Positions 38,675-48,437 of a DNA stretch of 64,000 nt are shown here, one piece after another. Made by a program: the position numbers and the translations under genes. The notes beneath the pieces were generated by a model. The model had not been told where the DNA came from, made no database searches, and worked only from the letters and a program-made list of their open reading frames with translations. This DNA comes from an uncultured Thermoprotei archaeon (lineage in GTDB: Archaea; Thermoproteota; Thermoprotei; Thermofilales; B15-G2). Positions within the stretch are counted from its first letter, which is position 1. Every line of letters begins with the position of its first letter. Location: positions 32,001 to 96,000 of the forward strand of contig CBDUKN010000004.1 of the NCBI GenBank assembly GCA_965367815.1, read 5' to 3'.

Positions 38675-41152
38675 TTGTATATGAGAAATCCGTGGATATA
38701 TAGTACTATAATTATTCTTTTCGTATTGCTTTCATGTATAAGTGCGTTTGAAGTAAACGTAAACTATGTGATTAGAGTGAGTCTTGTGGGAGAATATGTA
38801 AAGGCTTTATGTATTGACGGTATGTTATATCTAGTAACGAAGTACAATAATTCGTTTTATATGTTTGTTTTCAAGGGGGACAGCATCATTCGTGTCACTA
38901 AGCTAGATTCAGGGATTGTTGCTTACTGTCCTTATTTAAATACTCTAGCTACCTTTAATACTAGTGAAGGAAGCATAGTATTCAGGAGATTAACTTCTCT
39001 TGAAGAAAACAGTGTATTTTATTTAAATAAAAGTAATGTACATGACATTAATTTTGTAGACGACTTTTTAATAGTAACTGGCAATAGGTTTCTTCAAGTT
39101 TATTCACTAAAAACTCGTAAAAAGATCTGGGAAATATTTTTGCCTGTTATTTATAAATATGAAGCTTCTCCAGATAAAAAATACTTAGTTATTTACGCTA
39201 GTGACACTGAATGTGTAACATGTAGAGAATCCGAGGACTTTATAGAAGTGTGGAGTCTTGCTAACGGTACAGTAATTTGTCCTCGAAAAAACCTGAGGTT
39301 CGGTAGAAGTTGGTTTAAAATAGTAGAACAAGGTATTTTAGTCAGTATTGAGCAGACTTATGTTTATAATCAGAAAATTCTTCTATTAAACTATACTGGC
39401 GGAGAAATATGGTCGAAGCCTAAGAAAAGAATCGAGCATCTTTATGACGTCATAAGTAATTCAGAGTATATTGTTTTATCTAAAAGTGTAGGTAAAAATA
39501 GTAGTATTGAAATACTAAATGCGTCTAACGGAGAAACTCTGCGTACAGTTTTCTGGATTAATGAGGCTCCCTTTAAACTTCTCTTATTTAATAACACAGC
39601 GTTTCTAGCCTGCAATAATAGAGGCATATACCTCTACAATTTCGACGGAAAAATATTCTGGAACTATACGTTTGGTGAAGAAGAGCCTGTATATAAGTTG
39701 CTTAAAGTAGAATCCAATATAATTGTAGTTAAGCCGAAATACATTTACATAATTGCTTTAAGTAATTTTAGCGGTAAAAACGTTTTTAGAGAAAAATATA
39801 CTCTGCTAATTAAACTCAATAAGAAGAGCAATATAGATATTTTGAAAAATAACTCGTTACTGAAGAGAATCTACTCTACTCGGTATACAGCAATAGTTCT
39901 TTCGCCTAGTAAGTACATTGTGAATATAACTAGGGCAGGCTATACTAAAAGTATATACGTGAATATTACTTCACATAGCGTAGTATTAGATTTAACAAAA
40001 AAGGAGTATTTTAAAGAAAATACTACGAGTAAAAATGAAGTCGACATTGATTACTTAGTTGATTTATTAAAGAAAAATACTGAAAAGCATATAAAGTTAG
40101 ACAAGTATGAGGAATCCTATGTTTTAAAAGATATTTATGGTAAGCATGTTACAATAGATTCTTCAAAAAAGATAGTATTACTTTATTTCTTCTACATAGG
40201 GTGTACTGGATGTGAAAAAGCTTTGCCTTGGCTCAAAAATATAACAAAATACAGTAACTTAATGATAGTATGCGTAGATACTAGACCGAATATCGATACT
40301 TATGATAGGCTAGTAGACTATGCTTTAGGGCACGGAATGCCTTCTACTTGGCATATTATACTGGACTATAGCAACGAGCTTGTGAAAAAGTATAATGTAG
40401 TAGTTGCACCGACAATTGTTCTGCTGCATAGCAATAAGGCGTTATATAAGTTTGAAGGATATGCTGAAAAAAAGGAGGAGTATGAAATCAACATATTTTT
40501 CTACTTAGATAAATTTATCAAAGATTCCACATATTTCTTTAAAGATCTTGGAGTGGAAGGAGTACTAGTTGTTGCTTTACTTTTAGTAGCTGTGCTTACT
40601 GTATTTAAAGCATCTAATTCTAATATTTTGCGTGAAATAAAAGAGCATCCAGAGTTTTGGAGAAAGAACTTTTTCTTGCCTCTAACTTTAAGTCTGACAG
40701 CATATATAGTAGGTATACAGGTGATAGGTATTTTAACTTATTATGATAAAAAGATATGTATTATTCTGTGTAAGAATTTATATATTCTTGCTAGAAATAT
40801 TTTAAAGCTTGCAGAGCTTCAGGCTCTTATACAAGAAACAGGAATTGTTATTGAAGGAGTATTTATACCTTTTTCGGAATCACTTTTCTTTATACCTTTA
40901 TTCATTGCTGTTATTGTATTATTTTTAACTACTTCATGTATTAAAATTGGAGATAGAATAATACTGACTATACTGTCATGTATTGCTGTTACATTGGCCG
41001 AAGCTACGAGGATAATATTGATTGGTGTTATTGGGAAAGAGTACGCAGATATTAGAGTTTTCTTGGACTATATGAAGAGTCTGTATGTGCTTTTTGTAAT
41101 TATTTGCTGGAGTCTTTATATAAAGAGATACGCGTGTGAAGAAGAGGAGTGA
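38675..41152 (+). CDS. Multidomain membrane protein: PQQ-like beta-propeller, PEGA-like domain, TlpA/thioredoxin domain and exosortase/archaeosortase-like C-terminus
   Basis: N-terminal TM; G.EIWS and DGKIFWNY repeats; PSKYIVNITRAGY; LLYFFYIGCTGC...VVAPT; final TMs with AEATRI and terminal W. Confidence 0.7.
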   Translation: MYMRNPWIYSTIIILFVLLSCISAFEVNVNYVIRVSLVGEYVKALCIDGMLYLVTKYNNSFYMFVFKGDSIIRVTKLDSGIVAYCPYLNTLATFNTSEGSIVFRRLTSLEENSVFYLNKSNVHDINFVDDFLIVTGNRFLQVYSLKTRKKIWEIFLPVIYKYEASPDKKYLVIYASDTECVTCRESEDFIEVWSLANGTVICPRKNLRFGRSWFKIVEQGILVSIEQTYVYNQKILLLNYTGGEIWSKPKKRIEHLYDVISNSEYIVLSKSVGKNSSIEILNASNGETLRTVFWINEAPFKLLLFNNTAFLACNNRGIYLYNFDGKIFWNYTFGEEEPVYKLLKVESNIIVVKPKYIYIIALSNFSGKNVFREKYTLLIKLNKKSNIDILKNNSLLKRIYSTRYTAIVLSPSKYIVNITRAGYTKSIYVNITSHSVVLDLTKKEYFKENTTSKNEVDIDYLVDLLKKNTEKHIKLDKYEESYVLKDIYGKHVTIDSSKKIVLLYFFYIGCTGCEKALPWLKNITKYSNLMIVCVDTRPNIDTYDRLVDYALGHGMPSTWHIILDYSNELVKKYNVVVAPTIVLLHSNKALYKFEGYAEKKEEYEINIFFYLDKFIKDSTYFFKDLGVEGVLVVALLLVAVLTVFKASNSNILREIKEHPEFWRKNFFLPLTLSLTAYIVGIQVIGILTYYDKKICIILCKNLYILARNILKLAELQALIQETGIVIEGVFIPFSESLFFIPLFIAVIVLFLTTSCIKIGDRIILTILSCIAVTLAEATRIILIGVIGKEYADIRVFLDYMKSLYVLFVIICWSLYIKRYACEEEE

Positions 41153-41154
41153 AG

Positions 41155-43032
41155 CTAGCCGCGTAATATTATTGTTGACGGCCCTGGGATTATTTTTAAT
41201 AAACTATTTGTATTTACCTTAATGCCAGTTCTTTTATAGAAGAATAGCTGTATTTTTTTAGAAATGAGATTTTTATCGATTCGTCCTGGTACTAGCACGA
41301 CGTAACACAGGGATTTTTCTAGTATTGCTGAGGGAGGGCCATAGATTACTTTATAGTCGTTTTTTCTTAAGCCTATGGCCAGTTTAAGCTCTGCTTTAAT
41401 GTAGTTTCTTTTTCCTCTTATCATGAAGGCTCCCTTAGTTAAGTATTCTCCTGAAGGAGGTGTTTTTGATACTTGGTCTGCTTTAACGTAGTAGACGTCT
41501 ATTGATGAGAATCCTGCGGTCCATGCTCTCGAGTAAGAAGCGGCGAATATGGCGGCTTCTTGTATTGACTGTGTTCCTGCTTTTTCGCCTTCTTTGAGTA
41601 CTACAGCTGAGCCTCCGTGTATATCTGCGTGGAAAAAAAGGTCTCCTGGTTTCAGATACTTTTTGACTACTACTTCGTTTTGAGCTGCAGTTTTTCCTCC
41701 AATGACTAAGAATCCTTCAGACGTATAGAACCACAGGAATTGCTCAAACCACTTCTCTTTAGCTTCGGGCTTCTTTATACTCGATAGAGTTTTTTCTAAA
41801 ATAAGCGTTTTCTTTGACTCTAGTTCCTCTATTTTCTTTAGAAGTTCTTTTATTTTCTCTCTGCCGACAGAGGCCTTTCTCTCGTATTCTTTCGCTTTTT
41901 CAAATACTTTTTCCACAATTTTTCCTGCAGTTGTGGGCAGAGGCACTTCTATGCCTTCGACAATTACTTTTCTAGAGTTTAGCTTAATGGCTGCAGGCAG
42001 GTCTACTTTTTCTCCTTGGAGAAGTTTTTCAAGTAAATGCATGTTGCTTAAAAGTATGTGGCCCTTTTCTTTAAGTAGCCTAGCTTTTTCCTCATTTTCT
42101 TTAACAGCCTCCTCTAGCTTCCTTATAGATGCTTCAAGCTTCATTTTCTTTTCTTCAAATTCACTATACTTATCTTTTGAAAGAGACTCAACAACAGTTT
42201 TCTTAAAATACTCGTATACTAGCTGACAGAAACTACTGTACTTTCTTTTAACTAAATCTCTGTATATAGTGAGGTCTACAGGTGAAAAAGAATAGTAGTT
42301 ACTGTCCTTGATGTATAGAGTAGGGTCTAGAGAATTCTCAGCAACCCTCGATAGAAGGTCTAGTGCGGCTTCTCTCAGCTTTTCGATTTCTTTTACTTGA
42401 AGAGAAGATGCTTTAGAGTTCTTAGGAACTCCAGCTCTAGCGCATACTTCTTCAGCTAGTTCGCCGGATAAATTGAAGTACCGGGCGAGAGTGCGGACTA
42501 CATCTGAGTTAGATTCACTGAAGTACTTCAAATAGTCGTCTAAACTAGAATCAGGCCTAGTTCCCCTCACCGGAGGATAAGTATAAGCAGTATTTGGTTT
42601 AACTACGTGGTCTCTGTATTCTACAAAACAGTGTGCTGAAACTACTCTACGCGCAGAATCTAAGAGAATAATGTTTCCTCCGCGCATAAGTTCGAGGACC
42701 AAGTACTGGTCACCGGCTCTGCTGCTGACTTTTACTTCAATTATTCTGTCTAACTGTGGCTGAAAAATGTCTTTGATAATACCTCCTCTCAAGTACTTTC
42801 TCAGAATTTTACAAAAAGCAGTAGGCTCTCTTTTTTCACCGAGATCTTCTTCTGATACAGTAATGAAGCTGCCCAGCTTATAGATAATAAATAATGTTTG
42901 TTCACGGGACTTTATTTTCAGTAAGAGAATGTCGCCTAAATGATATACATTTGCTATACGCCCTCCCTGAACCAAGCTGCGTGCTTCTCGGACAAAAGCA
43001 GCTACATCTAAAATATTCATTTCTCTTTTCAT
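41155..43032 (-). CDS. rqcH: Ribosome quality-control factor Rqc2/RqcH (NFACT)
   Basis: M..LD, LRKYL.G, Q..DRI, EL..GGN.IL, WFE.F.WF.TS.G.LV.GG, HAD..G, QVSKTPPSGEYL.KGAFMI.GKRNY. Confidence 0.93.
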   Translation of the reverse strand: MKREMNILDVAAFVREARSLVQGGRIANVYHLGDILLLKIKSREQTLFIIYKLGSFITVSEEDLGEKREPTAFCKILRKYLRGGIIKDIFQPQLDRIIEVKVSSRAGDQYLVLELMRGGNIILLDSARRVVSAHCFVEYRDHVVKPNTAYTYPPVRGTRPDSSLDDYLKYFSESNSDVVRTLARYFNLSGELAEEVCARAGVPKNSKASSLQVKEIEKLREAALDLLSRVAENSLDPTLYIKDSNYYSFSPVDLTIYRDLVKRKYSSFCQLVYEYFKKTVVESLSKDKYSEFEEKKMKLEASIRKLEEAVKENEEKARLLKEKGHILLSNMHLLEKLLQGEKVDLPAAIKLNSRKVIVEGIEVPLPTTAGKIVEKVFEKAKEYERKASVGREKIKELLKKIEELESKKTLILEKTLSSIKKPEAKEKWFEQFLWFYTSEGFLVIGGKTAAQNEVVVKKYLKPGDLFFHADIHGGSAVVLKEGEKAGTQSIQEAAIFAASYSRAWTAGFSSIDVYYVKADQVSKTPPSGEYLTKGAFMIRGKRNYIKAELKLAIGLRKNDYKVIYGPPSAILEKSLCYVVLVPGRIDKNLISKKIQLFFYKRTGIKVNTNSLLKIIPGPSTIILRG

Positions 43033-43071
43033 TGGTTAAACACCCTTAAATACTGGAGACTCGCCTTAATA

Positions 43072-43332
43072 TTGATGGAGGACTACGATAAACTTTACCT
43101 CATTCGAGTATTTACAGGAGTAGCTGTAGGAGTAGTCTGCGGTATACTATCGCTGAACTTACTCTACGGAGCTGGACTATCGATTATCGTGTACTACGTG
43201 TCTCACAAGATCTCTAAGAAAATATATAAAGGGGAAAAACCCTGGGCAGTAGGCCTTGGCGAATACATAGGACTCTGGATAACACTTTGGTGTATAGTCT
43301 ACAGCCTGCTCTACTGGAAGCCGTCTATTTGA
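43072..43332 (+). CDS. Small 3-TM protein, EMC6/Rab5ip-like
   Basis: R...G...G..CG.L, G.....Y, GL..Y...W...W...Y.L pattern. Confidence 0.6.
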   Translation: MMEDYDKLYLIRVFTGVAVGVVCGILSLNLLYGAGLSIIVYYVSHKISKKIYKGEKPWAVGLGEYIGLWITLWCIVYSLLYWKPSI

Positions 43333-44039
43333 CATACAACAGAACGCCCCACTGAATCTGAAAATACTACTTTATTCTCTTCTTCCCTGAAAAACACTAT
43401 CTTAGAGAACCTCTTGAAGAAAATATTTCCTAGTCTAGGTTCGCGTATAAAAAAGAAGACAACAGCAACATTTTTCTCGAAAGCTATATGAACAGACTTT
43501 AAGTAAAGCTTAGCAATATTAGAGAGAATATTAAGTGACGATTTGCCTAAACTTAGCTCATATGATATAACATTATCGAGTGAAGAAATTAAAAGAATTT
43601 TAAAATCTTTATTAAAAAGGTCTTCAATTAGTAGAATGAGCGAAGATAGCGAGCGTGCTCTAGCGTAAATGATGTTTTTCAACACACTTTTAACATCTAT
43701 GCCTCTATCCTTAGCTAGCTGAACTATTCTCTCAGGTCTAAATGCACCCTCAGTATCGATACAGACTGCCTTAGCGCACGAGTCTTCTTCTTTGAACATC
43801 AGTTGAACTACAAAGCACAGCCAGTGCAATAGTAGACTTTTGATACGGCTGCTTTCTCCGACGAATTCTGTTACTGCTTGTGTTTCTATTCCTCCTCCGA
43901 GGAGTTCGTCTAGTGCTTTACATCCTGTTGAAATGTATTGAACCTTCTGCCTCTTACTCCAGTACTCTTCAGCAGTAATAAACCTAATACCAAGAAGCGC
44001 TGCTAGAGATTTTAAGGGATTAACTGTTTCTAAGTCCAC
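43311..44039 (-). CDS. RadA paralog lacking the N-terminal domain, with degenerate Walker A/B
   Basis: 48 codons identical to radA, then GESSRIKS for [33 protein letters not shown] for VDSL. Confidence 0.75.
   Translation of the reverse strand: MDLETVNPLKSLAALLGIRFITAEEYWSKRQKVQYISTGCKALDELLGGGIETQAVTEFVGESSRIKSLLLHWLCFVVQLMFKEEDSCAKAVCIDTEGAFRPERIVQLAKDRGIDVKSVLKNIIYARARSLSSLILLIEDLFNKDFKILLISSLDNVISYELSLGKSSLNILSNIAKLYLKSVHIAFEKNVAVVFFFIREPRLGNIFFKRFSKIVFFREEENKVVFSDSVGRSVVCQIDGFQ
43855..43998. repeat. 144-bp exact direct repeat, copy 1 (in RadA paralog)
   Basis: Identical to 44680..44823 (offset 825 bp), compared by eye. Confidence 0.92.
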
Positions 44040-44057
44040 ATAAAAAGTACTCTGACT

Positions 44058-44999
44058 CTATATATCTACAATGCCCTCTTCTGTTATCATGAATACTGCC
44101 TCTGATTCGGGGTGTTTTGGGGAGTCAAAAATCTTAGCGATTCTTCTGCCATCCTTACTTTTTCTTAGCCATATTCTGTAAGTGCATCCATGGGCTACTA
44201 CGTGGCCGCCAGCGGGTCTAGTTGAATCTCCGAAGAATGCTTCTGGGTTTGCTAGTACTTGGTTTGTTACTACTACTGCTAGGTTGTATACGTCTGCTAG
44301 TTTAATGAGCTGGTGTACATGCCTATTAAGCTTCTGCTGCCTAACAGCCAAATTCTCCCTACCAGGATACTCTGCTCTAAAGTGACTTATCAGGCTGTCT
44401 ACTACAATGAGCTTTATGTTTTCTTTCGGCACCAAGTCCTTAAGCTCATCTACCAGCAACATTTGGTGGTCGCTGCTGTATGCTCTAGCATAAATAATGT
44501 TTTTCAGTGCTTGCTTCGGGTCAAGACCCCTATACGAGGCTATTTGTATTATTCTTTCTGGCCGGAATGTTCCCTCGGTATCTATGTATACTGCTTTAGC
44601 ATTAAGTCCTCCTTTGTCATAGGGTAATTGAACCATTACACATAACTGGTGACACAACTGAGTCTTACCAGCACCAAACTCTCCGACGAATTCTGTTACT
44701 GCTTGTGTTTCTATTCCTCCTCCGAGGAGTTCGTCTAGTGCTTTACATCCTGTTGAAATGTATTGAACCTTCTGCCTCTTACTCCAGTACTCTTCAGCAG
44801 TAATAAACCTAATACCAAGAAGCTCTCTGGCGGCTTGTGCTATTTTTGCAGCCCTGTCTTCGCTTATACCGAGTACTTCTGCGAGTACTCTCGCTGGAGT
44901 TACTGCTATAGACTCTACTGTAGTAAACCCCGCCTCTTTAAGTTTCTGTGCGGTAGCTTTCCCCACTCCTCTTATTTCAGTAATTTCGTGTTCAGTCAT
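44058..44999 (-). CDS. radA: DNA repair and recombination protein RadA
   Basis: HhH N-domain [37 protein letters not shown]...FR.EY.GR..LA.RQQKL. Confidence 0.98.
   Translation of the reverse strand: MTEHEITEIRGVGKATAQKLKEAGFTTVESIAVTPARVLAEVLGISEDRAAKIAQAARELLGIRFITAEEYWSKRQKVQYISTGCKALDELLGGGIETQAVTEFVGEFGAGKTQLCHQLCVMVQLPYDKGGLNAKAVYIDTEGTFRPERIIQIASYRGLDPKQALKNIIYARAYSSDHQMLLVDELKDLVPKENIKLIVVDSLISHFRAEYPGRENLAVRQQKLNRHVHQLIKLADVYNLAVVVTNQVLANPEAFFGDSTRPAGGHVVAHGCTYRIWLRKSKDGRRIAKIFDSPKHPESEAVFMITEEGIVDI
44680..44823. repeat. 144-bp exact direct repeat, copy 2 (in radA)
   Basis: Identical to 43855..43998. Confidence 0.92.
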
Positions 45000-45115
45000 A
45001 TTTCCTAAGTAAATGTCGTCTGCAGTGGGATATTTATAAATGTCTTAGAGGTGACTGAAAGTATTCTTTGCTATAGTGAAAGTAAAAGTTAACTGGATCG
45101 GCGCGGATTCTTTTT

Positions 45116-45304
45116 GTGGTTCAGGGAGTTAAGAAGAAAATACTTGAGCTACTTCAAGTAGAAAAGAACGAAGAGTTTTCATTAGAGGAAATAGCGGAAA
45201 GGATAGGTGAGCAGAGAATAAGCATAATTAAAGCTCAGCTGACGAGACTTATTCGAGAAGGAAAGGTAGTAGAAGTAAGAAAAGGAGTATACAAGGCTCT
45301 TTAG
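45116..45304 (+). CDS. Small winged-helix DNA-binding protein
   Basis: ILELL...EFSLEEIAERIG....IKAQLTRLIREGKV..VRKGVY. Confidence 0.75.
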   Translation: MVQGVKKKILELLQVEKNEEFSLEEIAERIGEQRISIIKAQLTRLIREGKVVEVRKGVYKAL

Positions 45305-45352
45305 AGTAAAGACTATCACAGAACCCACTAATCAATAAAACTTATAAAGACT

Positions 45353-46132
45353 ATGTGCAGTTCCCTTTTTGTGCAGTTTCTGGAGTGGGGAATAGAAAAA
45401 GTTTCACTTAAACCTCCTCCTACAACAGAGCCTGAGAGAAAATTAAGGGATCTTGTCAAGAAAATAGTTAAAGAGAAAATAGATCATGCTGTAGTAGTTG
45501 GCTCAGAAAATAGAGTCCTCGGGAGTATAAATATTTTTGAAATAATGAGAATAATACTATTCGATCCACTGGAGTCTCTTGATTCAAAAACTATAAACTA
45601 TACTAAACGCAATATAGAAAAAATGAGAGAAAACTCTTCTGTAGCAGACTTGCTCAGACATTGGAAGAATAAGTCTTTGAGCGAGGTATGTATTTTTTCG
45701 AGAAGAGGAGGAACTTTAGTGTCTTCTACTAGCCCCCTCATTTTTATATATAAAACTATAGGATTGTTGAAAGACATAGTATCTCCTAAAATATTTAAGA
45801 AAAGCGAGTCGCTGATAGCAACAAATACAACATTAAGGGGAGTCTTAAAGAGAGCCGTAAAATACGAGCTGACTTGCTTTTTAGTACATAGGCGGGGGAA
45901 TATCCTCGGAGTAGTCGACTGCTTTGATATATTAAATATAATAGCCGAGAATCCTGAAGAAGCTCTCCATTATACGTGTTCATCTATTTACAAGAAGTTA
46001 GAAGAAGTGACATTTCTTAATTGTCAAGAGTGCCGCTTTTCTCCCGTAGTTAGACACGAAAATGATGTTTATGTGATAAGCGAGAGAGATATAGTAAGAG
46101 AGATATGTCGAAGATATCTTGGCAGCGTGTAA
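45353..46132 (+). CDS. Divergent CBS-domain protein
   Basis: AVVV....VLG.I...EI and LV...G.ILGVV...DIL CBS-like motifs. Confidence 0.6.
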   Translation: MCSSLFVQFLEWGIEKVSLKPPPTTEPERKLRDLVKKIVKEKIDHAVVVGSENRVLGSINIFEIMRIILFDPLESLDSKTINYTKRNIEKMRENSSVADLLRHWKNKSLSEVCIFSRRGGTLVSSTSPLIFIYKTIGLLKDIVSPKIFKKSESLIATNTTLRGVLKRAVKYELTCFLVHRRGNILGVVDCFDILNIIAENPEEALHYTCSSIYKKLEEVTFLNCQECRFSPVVRHENDVYVISERDIVREICRRYLGSV

Positions 46133-46611
46133 AGTTCATAGTAGATGCAATGCTAGGGGATGTCGCAAAGTGGCTGAGAGTTCTGGGATACGATACTTTC
46201 TACTTTCAGTCTATAGATGATGCTGCAGTACTCAAAATTGCTGCTAGCGAAAAAAGAGTTATTGTGACTAAAGATAAGGAGCTCTCTACTAAGGCTAAGA
46301 AAATGGGCTTAAAATGCATACTTCTGAGAGGTGAAAATCTCGAAGAAAAGCTACTTCAGATAGCGAGGGAGACAGGCTTAGAGCTATACATTAACTTGAA
46401 TTATACTCGATGTCCTAAATGTAATTCTAGGCTAGTACCTGTGCCCTCTATAGAAACAATAGAAAGAGTGCCACCTTCAGTCTCCCGTCTGCAGTCTACT
46501 ATATGGCTTTGTCCTAATTGCGGAAGCGCCTACTGGACAGGGTCTCATTACAATTCAATGAATAAGATTTTAAAGAGTATTAGAGAAAAATTAACCGAGG
46601 TGAACAAATGA
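46105..46611 (+). CDS. Mut7-C (DUF82) PIN-like RNase domain protein
   Basis: F.VD.MLG..AKWLR.LGYD, DD, T.D.EL, RCP.CN, C..CG..YW.GSH. Confidence 0.92.
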   Translation: MSKISWQRVKFIVDAMLGDVAKWLRVLGYDTFYFQSIDDAAVLKIAASEKRVIVTKDKELSTKAKKMGLKCILLRGENLEEKLLQIARETGLELYINLNYTRCPKCNSRLVPVPSIETIERVPPSVSRLQSTIWLCPNCGSAYWTGSHYNSMNKILKSIREKLTEVNK

Positions 46612-47246
46612 AGTACTTAACTCTAGAGGAGGGGGCATTTTTAGTAAAGCTTGCGAGAAAAGCTGTAAAGGAGTATTTAGACAAAGGTATGATAATACCC
46701 CCTCCAGACGATGTCTCAGAGAGACTGAAAGAAAAAAGAGGAGTGTTTGTAACTATTGAAAAAATAGAAATAGATGAAAAGGGTGTCTGGCAGCGTAAGT
46801 TGAGAGGATGCATAGGCTTTCCGGAACCAGTATACCCCCTTGTAGAGGCTACAATACAGGCTGCTGTTGCTGCGTCGGAAGATCCTAGATTCCCGCCGCT
46901 AACTTTGAATGAATTAAGTAGAGTAGTATTTGAAGTAAGTGTACTTTCGCCACTAGAGCTTATTAAAGTAGAAAAACCTCTTGAATACCTCAAAGTAATA
47001 AAAATAGGCAGAGATGGACTTCTAGTAGAGAAAGGTATATTCAAAGGACTTCTCTTACCGCAAGTTCCTGTAGAATACGAGTGGGATGTTGAAACGTTCC
47101 TTAACTATGCGTGTATGAAAGCAGGGCTTCCTCCAGATGCCTGGCTTGACCCTGATACTAAAATATATAGGTTTACTGCACAGATTTTCTATGAGCTAGA
47201 GCCTGAAGGAAGAGTTATTGAAAGACAGTTAGAAATATCACGTTAA
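46608..47246 (+). CDS. AMMECR1-domain protein
   Basis: GVFVT, LRGCIG, DPRF.P, EVSVL, G.LLPQV, KAGL. Confidence 0.94.
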   Translation: MKYLTLEEGAFLVKLARKAVKEYLDKGMIIPPPDDVSERLKEKRGVFVTIEKIEIDEKGVWQRKLRGCIGFPEPVYPLVEATIQAAVAASEDPRFPPLTLNELSRVVFEVSVLSPLELIKVEKPLEYLKVIKIGRDGLLVEKGIFKGLLLPQVPVEYEWDVETFLNYACMKAGLPPDAWLDPDTKIYRFTAQIFYELEPEGRVIERQLEISR

Positions 47247-47984
47247 GTCGCCGCAAGTACACCATATTTCATGTAGTAGATCGTATAGCTGATCCATTCC
47301 CTCGCCTTCTTTAGCCGAGACAGCTACTATGCGAGATGCTCTACTAAGCCTTTTTACGAGCTCTGCACAGGAAGCCGCTAAGTCTGCCATAAGTCCTACT
47401 TCTTCTTTTGAAAGTTCTTGTTCTATGTTTTCTATATCGAAGACAAATTCTCTCGAAAGCAGATCAGATTTATTAATGACGAATACGCTTTCTGTCTTTA
47501 AGCGTAATTGAACTACTAGACCTAAGAGGTTTAATATAGCGTATCCTGATGCGCTTTTTACTAGAGTAGGATCGAAGACTACGACTGTGACTACTCTACC
47601 TATGTTCTTAAGCAAGTCTAGTAGAGCTGGACCAGCATCCTTAAAGACGAATAGCTCCATTTGACCTGGAGTGTCTATTAAAATAAAAAGGCTTTCAAGT
47701 TTTTCTATACGTCGTATTATCTCTTCTCTTCTCTCATACATTATGTCCATGCTTCTCAGGTAGGCTCCATTAGGTCCTAACTTTTCTTCTTTCATTATCT
47801 TGTTTATTGAAATTAATTCTCTCACATCAAAGTCAGGAGTGTAAGGTAAATACTCGCAGCCAGGATCTAAGTTTACATAGCTTACAGGGAAATCCATGAT
47901 CTTCGTCAACCATGAGCCGAAACATGCAGTTAGTGTAGATTTTCCGCTACCAGCGGGACCTACGAACACTATTATATCTTTCAT
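47238..47984 (-). CDS. GPN-loop GTPase (paralog 2)
   Basis: GPAGSGKS, NLDPG, LGPNGA, DTPGQME, C-terminal CTCGDLT. Confidence 0.93.
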   Translation of the reverse strand: MKDIIVFVGPAGSGKSTLTACFGSWLTKIMDFPVSYVNLDPGCEYLPYTPDFDVRELISINKIMKEEKLGPNGAYLRSMDIMYERREEIIRRIEKLESLFILIDTPGQMELFVFKDAGPALLDLLKNIGRVVTVVVFDPTLVKSASGYAILNLLGLVVQLRLKTESVFVINKSDLLSREFVFDIENIEQELSKEEVGLMADLAASCAELVKRLSRASRIVAVSAKEGEGMDQLYDLLHEIWCTCGDLT

Positions 47985-48058
47985 CGGCTAAGTAATGTCA
48001 GGAGGCTTACTTATTTTTAGCGCAATATCTTGATAAAGTAGACAGCAGTATTTAATAT

Positions 48059-48385
48059 GTGCATGTACTCGAGATAATTCTGCCTTACGATGTCGATCCG
48101 GAGCTCGAAGAAAAGTACCGTAGACTTAAGTATATGGTAAAAGCAGAGGTTAAGGTAGTTACTGTAAATTATAGTACATTTAAAGAATATTTAGAGTATA
48201 TTAAGGAGATGTACGGAGGACGGAGGCTTGTAGAGTATATTTATGTTGATGCAGAAGACTTACCGGTATTTATTTTAGACGGGCAGGTTATAGTCGAGGG
48301 AAATTATCCCGAAGTATATGAATTACTCGAACTTTTGCGCTATTATGGAATAAGGACGAGAAGAAAAAGACAATATGTTTTCTAG
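48059..48385 (+). CDS. Hypothetical protein, possibly thioredoxin-fold-like without CxxC
   Basis: LPVFILDG.VI.EG.YP motif; intact ORF. Confidence 0.55.
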   Translation: MHVLEIILPYDVDPELEEKYRRLKYMVKAEVKVVTVNYSTFKEYLEYIKEMYGGRRLVEYIYVDAEDLPVFILDGQVIVEGNYPEVYELLELLRYYGIRTRRKRQYVF

Positions 48386-48437
48386 AGTTTCGGTATCTGA
48401 CAAAAGCTTCTCAAATGTTCTCCGGTTCAAACCTCTT

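Noticed and set aside
43855-44823. 144-bp repeat as a DGR template/variable pair or IS ends
   Set aside because: Copies are identical with no adenine-specific changes, and there is no reverse transcriptase or transposase adjacent.
48420-48436. CCGGTTCAAACC as a tRNA T-arm or att site
   Set aside because: No complementary T-stem or other tRNA arms.
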